A stretch of 64,000 nucleotides of DNA from a virus. Within the stretch, counting starts at the first letter, position 1. Each line of letters starts with the position of its first letter. The DNA lies in IMG/VR virus record IMGVR_UViG_3300023176_002545; one strand, 5' to 3'. The notes beneath the pieces are model-generated. The model had not been told where the DNA came from. It saw nothing but the letters and a program-made list of their open reading frames with translations, and ran no database searches. This document shows positions 59,192 through 64,000 of the stretch, one piece after another. The position numbers were made by a program, and so were the translations under genes.

Positions 59192-59709
59192 TACATATGT
59201 CTCCTTACACGTTCAACAAAAGCATCGTCAACATTGACTTTTGCTTTTGCTTGTTGTTCTTTTTCAAATTCGTCTGGGTCAAACGCATTCTCAAGTCCCC
59301 CACGCATTTCCGAATAAGGATATGTGTAGTCGCGGCGTAAACCGCCATCCTTTTTCCATGCAGACTTCTGCAACTTCTTTGACGTTGAGGTTGTATTCTT
59401 CACTGCGTCCGCCCAGCGGCATACAATATACCGGACATTGTACCCCGGCGTCTCTGTAAGCCTCCACAGCTCTTTCAGCTTCTTCAATGTCGTCACGATT
59501 AGCGACAACAAACTTGAGATAAAGGTCACTACCGTCAACAAGGCTATACTCACGAGCGACAGCAGGCAGTATAGCAGTATCCCAAGGTTCTCCGCTAACA
59601 CTAAGTTTTGGGGAACAAGACCACGTGACTGCAAATCTGTTTTGATCTGTGAGATAGTTGAAGAAATCATCATGTAGATGTTGTGTAGTGTTTGTTTCAA
59701 ATGTAACAT
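59191..59709 (-). CDS. Probable overprinted ORF in the +1 frame of queE, with a long hydrophobic segment; start uncertain (59709, 59673 or 59307)
   Basis: 172 stop-free codons; queE codon usage is atypical across the overlap; its TAA overlaps the next ATG (TAATG at 59191). Confidence 0.5.
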   Translation of the reverse strand: MLHLKQTLHNIYMMISSTISQIKTDLQSRGLVPQNLVLAENLGILLYCLLSLVSIALLTVVTFISSLLSLIVTTLKKLKELWRLTETPGYNVRYIVCRWADAVKNTTSTSKKLQKSAWKKDGGLRRDYTYPYSEMRGGLENAFDPDEFEKEQQAKAKVNVDDAFVERVRRHM

Positions 59710-60184
59710 TTTTCAAGTCCTGCATCTTTGGATGCTCAAATAAATCGATGTATAACTTTTGCCATGCAAGCAAAGGCTCTCCACCTGTCATAATTAAATG
59801 GATATCTTGTCCATTATCCTGTGTCCACTTACCATTAGGAGTAAGTGACAATAAATGTTCAACAACTTCGTCTACTTCTTTAAGCATATTAAAGTCTTTA
59901 AACTCAGGATAGATACTTGCATATGTATCACAGCCTGTGTGAATAATAGGTAAGTCGTTAAACTCCTTTGTAGTCTTGTGTACACCAGCATCGATAAGAG
60001 CCTTAACTTCGTCGTTATACTTCTTACCTTCTTTGTGCAGTGTCCATCTATCTTTTGTTTCGCCAGTACCAAAGTTCATGCAGCGAAAGTTACAACCAAA
60101 GGTACGTAGAAATACACTAGGTACTCCTACAAACTTACCTTCACCTTGTACGCTATAAAATGCTTCTGAATATCTTAACTTCAT
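59291..60184 (-). CDS. queE: 7-carboxy-7-deazaguanine synthase-like radical SAM enzyme
   Basis: SEAFYSVQGEG..G.PSVFLRTFGCNFRC...GCDT, TGGEPL, ETN, SPK, C-terminal PRLHISLFGN; next to folE. Confidence 0.85.
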   Translation of the reverse strand: MKLRYSEAFYSVQGEGKFVGVPSVFLRTFGCNFRCMNFGTGETKDRWTLHKEGKKYNDEVKALIDAGVHKTTKEFNDLPIIHTGCDTYASIYPEFKDFNMLKEVDEVVEHLLSLTPNGKWTQDNGQDIHLIMTGGEPLLAWQKLYIDLFEHPKMQDLKNVTFETNTTQHLHDDFFNYLTDQNRFAVTWSCSPKLSVSGEPWDTAILPAVAREYSLVDGSDLYLKFVVANRDDIEEAERAVEAYRDAGVQCPVYCMPLGGRSEEYNLNVKEVAEVCMEKGWRFTPRLHISLFGNAWGT

Positions 60185-60870
60185 CGCGGTGCAAACTCCT
60201 GTTGCAGTTTAATGTTATCAAAGAACTCTTTCTTTGTACCTGCATCATCTTTGAAACTACCTTTTAGTACAGTTGTTTGTGTAAGACTACTGTGTGCCAT
60301 AATGCCACGGTTCTCACAACAACCGTGTGTTGCTTGGATATAAACACCTAAGTGTTTAGCACCTGTTGCTTTTGCAATCTCACGTGCAATATCATTTGCA
60401 AGTTCTTCTTGCAGTGTGCCACGTCTAGCACACCACTGTGCAATACGTGTATACTTTGACAAGCCAATTAGTTTGTCTGCGGCAATAATACCAATGTATG
60501 CTACACCGCTTACTGGTTGGTGATGATGTGAACACATGCTCTTTAGTTCTGAACGAACCACTAGCATACCTTCATAACGATCATCGCTGTCATTTGGAAA
60601 TGCTGTTGCACTTGGAATAGGATCATATCGTCCACTCATAATTTCATTAAAATACATCTTTGCAAGACGTCTTGCAGTACCTTTTGAGTTTGGATCATTA
60701 TGTCGATCAATTACAAGTGAATCTAATACTTGCTCAAACGCTTCAGTTGCTTCTTCAATCAACTGTTCTTTGTCGCCCGCTTGTAGGACTTCTGAAATGT
60801 TGTCACCTGCCCAATAGCGGATACCAGCATCTTCTAGTTTTGCTTTAATTTGTAGTGCTTTGCTCATCAA
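60181..60870 (-). CDS. folE: GTP cyclohydrolase I
   Basis: TARRLAKMY, SMCSHHHQP, IGLSKYTR, QE, HGCCENRG. Confidence 0.95.
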   Translation of the reverse strand: MMSKALQIKAKLEDAGIRYWAGDNISEVLQAGDKEQLIEEATEAFEQVLDSLVIDRHNDPNSKGTARRLAKMYFNEIMSGRYDPIPSATAFPNDSDDRYEGMLVVRSELKSMCSHHHQPVSGVAYIGIIAADKLIGLSKYTRIAQWCARRGTLQEELANDIAREIAKATGAKHLGVYIQATHGCCENRGIMAHSSLTQTTVLKGSFKDDAGTKKEFFDNIKLQQEFAPR

Positions 60871-60913
60871 TGTTTTTACTCCGAGTTAAAGACGAGGATG
60901 TCTTATTGTTTAT

Positions 60914-60942
60914 AGTATACACTTATTTAGGTTTTATGTCAA
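60914..60942 (-). promoter_or_regulatory. Sigma70 promoter TTGACA-N17-TATACT with TAAATA in the spacer
   Basis: -35 at 60942-60937, -10 at 60919-60914, TAAATA at 60929-60924. Confidence 0.75.
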
Positions 60943-60944
60943 GT

Positions 60945-61157
60945 TTATTCTTTAAAATAACCGTCAATAACTTCCAAAACATCATGATACTTTGCTATTT
61001 CCATCATTTCTTTTTCAATTTCATCACCAATGTTTCCGTGTTCTCCAATTCCTACAGGATTGTTTAGTAGCACTTCTACGTTAATGCGATGTTTTTCAAT
61101 GTGTCCTAGAGCATGATCTCTAGCAGCCTTCAGCAAATGCGATCTCAAGTTGGTCAT
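60945..61157 (-). CDS. Hypothetical protein, 70 aa
   Basis: AAGGA SD before ATG 61157. Confidence 0.65.
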   Translation of the reverse strand: MTNLRSHLLKAARDHALGHIEKHRINVEVLLNNPVGIGEHGNIGDEIEKEMMEIAKYHDVLEVIDGYFKE

Positions 61158-61539
61158 TGTTTTTCCTTTCATATTTTTGCTGTGACGGAATGACGCCTCG
61201 AACGCCGCCTCTTGGATCTTCCATATCTCCGTCTCTACGGAAGATCAAATGAACATGTGGATACATGCAAGTTTGCCCTGCACTTTCTCCCATATTAATT
61301 CCTACATTAAATCCTGTAATAGGATTACTATCTGATTCAACATTCATTGTACCCATTTCCATAGCAAACTTAAAACATTTTAAAATGTTTTCTTGTGTGT
61401 TTTCTTTTGGAACAACTAGAGTATGTCCTAGTGTTACGGGATAGATATCTTCGTATACAACAAAGTCCCTAGTATTTAAAAACACTTGAGTCCAAGGTGC
61501 TCTACCTTCTTCTTGTGCCTTTTCTAATGTATCAATCAT
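61120..61539 (-). CDS. HIT family nucleotide hydrolase
   Basis: DIYPVTLGHTLVVP; GFNVGIN.G..AGQT..YPHVHLI (first His of the triad replaced by Tyr). Confidence 0.85.
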   Translation of the reverse strand: MIDTLEKAQEEGRAPWTQVFLNTRDFVVYEDIYPVTLGHTLVVPKENTQENILKCFKFAMEMGTMNVESDSNPITGFNVGINMGESAGQTCMYPHVHLIFRRDGDMEDPRGGVRGVIPSQQKYERKNNDQLEIAFAEGC

Positions 61540-61690
61540 CTTTTTCCTTAATATGCCGATAGTCTAAATACCCAGAACACCATTCATAAAATTGTCTATC
61601 AGTGTCTGCCCAACATTCTGCAAAGACTTTGTCTTTTTTACGCATTTCTTTGTATTGTTTTCTTGCTTCTTTTTCAGTTATTTGAGTCAT
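61532..61690 (-). CDS. Small protein, 52 aa (MTQITEKEARKQYKEMRKKDKVFAECWADTDRQFYEWCSGYLDYRHIKEKDD), missing from the ORF track
   Basis: AGGAG SD; fills the 134-nt gap and overlaps both neighbours. Confidence 0.7.
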   Translation of the reverse strand: MTQITEKEARKQYKEMRKKDKVFAECWADTDRQFYEWCSGYLDYRHIKEKDD

Positions 61691-62246
61691 ACTCTCCTAC
61701 ATTCTCCCAGGGATATACTAACCATACATCTTCCTCGGCTTTGTTTACTTCGTGTGTACTGTAACTTACACCATCAAATTCTGAACTTAAATTTTCTGTA
61801 ATAACTGCAAAGCGGACATTGTTGCCCCAGACACTATTCCAGTCTTCTGAATCTGGCAAACAAGTGCTTTGCCAATCTTCTTTAATCCAGTTAAACGTAG
61901 CACCAGTATCGTTGATATCATCTACAATAAGAATGTTTTTACGGTTGTCTGCACTTGTTTTGTTATGCCCCATTGCAGGATCATAGTAATCACTTGATAC
62001 ATAACCGTAAGCATCTTCGCTCATCCAACAGTTAGTTTCGCTTTCGCTATCATCGTCACGTAAACTTACCTTTAGTGCTTCACACCGAATTTTTAACATA
62101 TTACTAAGAATAGTAGCAGGTACGTTGCCACCTCGTGTAATCCCTACAATATAATCAGGCTTCCAGTTGTCGTTGTACATTTGTAGTGCGATACTTAGGC
62201 AAGCACGTTCTACATCTTGCCAACTATAATAATGTTTCTTAATCAT
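61674..62246 (-). CDS. Type I phosphoribosyltransferase (Gpt/Hpt-like)
   Basis: IVGITRGG; PRPP-binding LIVDDINDTGAT; C-terminal WLVYPWE. Confidence 0.85.
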   Translation of the reverse strand: MIKKHYYSWQDVERACLSIALQMYNDNWKPDYIVGITRGGNVPATILSNMLKIRCEALKVSLRDDDSESETNCWMSEDAYGYVSSDYYDPAMGHNKTSADNRKNILIVDDINDTGATFNWIKEDWQSTCLPDSEDWNSVWGNNVRFAVITENLSSEFDGVSYSTHEVNKAEEDVWLVYPWENVGEYDSNN

Positions 62247-62451
62247 TTTGTTTTTTCCGTAGTTTAGGATGGATAGTACGATCGTTGTAGATGTCGCCTG
62301 CCAGTGCTTGTATTTGTTCTACAAGGTGTGTAACGCTATCTACGTCATAAGGCTCACCCGGAGCCTTTTTATATTTTTCTCTGTGTGCTTGCACAGCCAA
62401 TCCGTGCATTGCACTAATCTTGTCCATAAGATCTTGAATAGTGTGTTGCAT
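62239..62451 (-). CDS. Hypothetical protein, 70 aa
   Basis: TAATG overlap with the upstream gene. Confidence 0.6.
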   Translation of the reverse strand: MQHTIQDLMDKISAMHGLAVQAHREKYKKAPGEPYDVDSVTHLVEQIQALAGDIYNDRTIHPKLRKKQND

Positions 62452-62972
62452 TATTCGCCCTTTGCTCCTCTTGCAAGATATTCTTCATTGTGAATCCAAC
62501 GGTATCCTGCATCAGCAATGTTTTCTACTTTTGTTGCATGTACAAAACGAACAAATCCCCATTCTTTTTGTTTGCGTCCCATAAAGAACAAACTCCAGCA
62601 AGGAATTTCATTACCGTCTGCGTCTTTAGCAAGTTCAAGCCAATGCAAATCATCTGGCTTACGAATACGGAAGTGTCCAGGGCCACGCCATACTTTTGTA
62701 GCACCTACAACAGCACCTTCTTTACTAATGATAGGAATGTGTTCCCAATAGCCGCCTTTAAGAATGAATGTAGCATATCCCCAAGGATGGTCGTGTAGTG
62801 TAGGTTCATCACTTTTTAAAACTTTGTGTAGTGTGATGTTAAAAGGAAAGTTCTTTCTGTCCTTTAAGAATACATAGTATCTAATAAGATAAGGCTCTGT
62901 TGAGCCACGTTCTGTGATTACTCGACGTCTGCCGAGCTTGTCCATAATCTTAGAAAGGAATGTCTTCATCAT
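62451..62972 (-). CDS. Cupin-like protein, 173 aa
   Basis: LHDHPW...ILKGGY.E...LH cupin-type metal motif. Confidence 0.5.
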   Translation of the reverse strand: MMKTFLSKIMDKLGRRRVITERGSTEPYLIRYYVFLKDRKNFPFNITLHKVLKSDEPTLHDHPWGYATFILKGGYWEHIPIISKEGAVVGATKVWRGPGHFRIRKPDDLHWLELAKDADGNEIPCWSLFFMGRKQKEWGFVRFVHATKVENIADAGYRWIHNEEYLARGAKGE

Positions 62973-63264
62973 CTATTTCTCCTGCCTTTATTTTGCCTTC
63001 GTAGTCTTTTTCACACATGTCGTATATTACAATAAATTTTTCCCATACTTGTTTGAGTGCAGGATATTCTTTGCACATACTTTCAATTGTTGACCTAGAT
63101 AGTCTAGTATCAACATAACCTGAATTAATAGTAAATGTTCCGTCACTACCTACCCAGTCTGTGTCTAAAGTAGTACTATTAAAAGTTATAGTTGATCCAA
63201 TGTCGCTAGTATAGTCTACATTGATATCTCCAATATCAATTGTAATAGTTCCGTCGTCACCCAT
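62950..63264 (-). CDS. Hypothetical protein, 104 aa
   Basis: TAATG overlap; low-complexity D/T/I N-terminus; ends DDEDIPF. Confidence 0.6.
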   Translation of the reverse strand: MGDDGTITIDIGDINVDYTSDIGSTITFNSTTLDTDWVGSDGTFTINSGYVDTRLSRSTIESMCKEYPALKQVWEKFIVIYDMCEKDYEGKIKAGEIDDEDIPF

Positions 63265-64000
63265 TATCTAATATTCTCCCAAATAGTTGCATACAATGCA
63301 TCACCACTAAAAAAGTCGTTTGTTAGTTTGTGTTTTAGTTTTTGAATACTAGGAACATAACTATCATAGTTGTCGATATAATCACGTAATTGTTTTACAA
63401 TTTTATCTTTGTTTGCTTCATAAGACTTGTAGTCTTTGGTCCATGTACTTGCATACTTAAATTCATTACCATACATTTCAACATAACTAAGTCTGTTGGG
63501 CACCATAGGAATTGCACCTACAATAGCACCTTCATATGCACTAATACCTAGTGTTTCTTGTAGGTTAGCACTAAACACTACTTTTGCTTCGCCTAGCAAG
63601 TTATGATATTCGTTTTTAGTAAGCTCTTGTTCTTGACAAACGACAAACTCAACATCGTTAAATTCTTTTTTAAGATCTCTAAAAATTTCTGGCTGTTTCT
63701 CAGGAGCAATACGATGCGGAAATAATACTAGGTTACGTTTTTCCATGTTTGTATAAGGAACTAGGGTATCTTCCAAATACTCCATTGGCCAACCTACACG
63801 AACAATTTTATTTGTTTTTAAGTTATCTTCAACCCACTTGTCCTGTTCTTGACTAGCATATTTTGCAAAGCCTTTTGCAAACAGTCTAATATGAAAGTCT
63901 GTAGCAAAGTAGTTGTGGTCGTAGCATTGAAACATTGAATACTCTGCATGACGTACCCAATATCTGTCGCCGATTAGCCTACCCAGGAAATCATGAGGAT
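63264..64000 (-). CDS. GT-B (GT4-like) glycosyltransferase, 5' end outside the window
   Basis: Frame open to the window edge (..PHDFLGRLIGDRYWVRHAEYS); FPHRIAPEK and SANLQETLGISAYEG..GAIP match GT4 motifs. Confidence 0.75.
   Translation of the reverse strand, partial: PHDFLGRLIGDRYWVRHAEYSMFQCYDHNYFATDFHIRLFAKGFAKYASQEQDKWVEDNLKTNKIVRVGWPMEYLEDTLVPYTNMEKRNLVLFPHRIAPEKQPEIFRDLKKEFNDVEFVVCQEQELTKNEYHNLLGEAKVVFSANLQETLGISAYEGAIVGAIPMVPNRLSYVEMYGNEFKYASTWTKDYKSYEANKDKIVKQLRDYIDNYDSYVPSIQKLKHKLTNDFFSGDALYATIWENIR

Noticed and set aside
59291-59307. TGA read-through extending QueE
   Set aside because: A second in-frame TGA follows three codons later; the downstream coding signal is in the +1 frame.
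59291-60184. Anaerobic RNR activase (NrdG) as the identity of this radical SAM gene
   Set aside because: The SxQGEG...PSVFLRT start, PRLH C-terminus and adjacency to folE favour QueE; no nrdD in the window.
1-64000. Stop-codon reassignment (alternative genetic code), as seen in some large phages
   Set aside because: Genes are full length and abut each other under code 11; TAA, TAG and TGA all act as stops.
1-64000. tRNA, rRNA, CRISPR arrays, integrase/transposase, introns, inteins
   Set aside because: Intergenic gaps are mostly under 100 nt with no cloverleaf or repeat-spacer pattern. No homing-endonuclease or intein motifs were recognised. Not confirmed by tRNAscan or Infernal.

Overview
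This window is a 64 kb segment of a large, AT-rich (about one third G+C by inspection) myovirus-type phage genome, distantly T4-like. It uses the standard genetic code and is densely coded. It has three zones. (1) 1-22.3 kb, + strand, virion module: a giant baseplate/tail protein of more than 3,180 aa (open at the left edge), three tail-fibre genes sharing one N-terminal module, and two paralogous structural proteins. (2) 22.4-47.7 kb, an enzyme island in alternating orientation: ten radical SAM enzymes with Twitch/SPASM-like Cys modules, five glycosyltransferase-like proteins, a UDP-glucose-type dehydrogenase, a methyltransferase, a QueC-like PP-loop ATPase, a GNAT/MCD-like protein, four 2OG-Fe(II) oxygenases, two kinase-fold proteins with degenerate catalytic motifs, and a frameshifted SDR. 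(3) 47.8-64 kb, - strand, early and nucleotide-metabolism genes: MoxR AAA + VWA, DNA ligase, phosphoesterase, T4-type RNase H, queE, folE, HIT, PRTase and a GT4 glycosyltransferase. The best candidate for an undescribed system is zone 2, a phage-encoded multi-radical-SAM tailoring pathway next to the tail-fibre genes. Other notable signals are a probable overprinted +1-frame membrane-protein ORF inside queE, a TAA(A/G)TA-N5-ATG leaderless promoter pattern, an RBS-occluding hairpin, and a symmetric coiled-coil hairpin inserted in the giant structural protein. No database searches were run; all family calls are from motif recognition.
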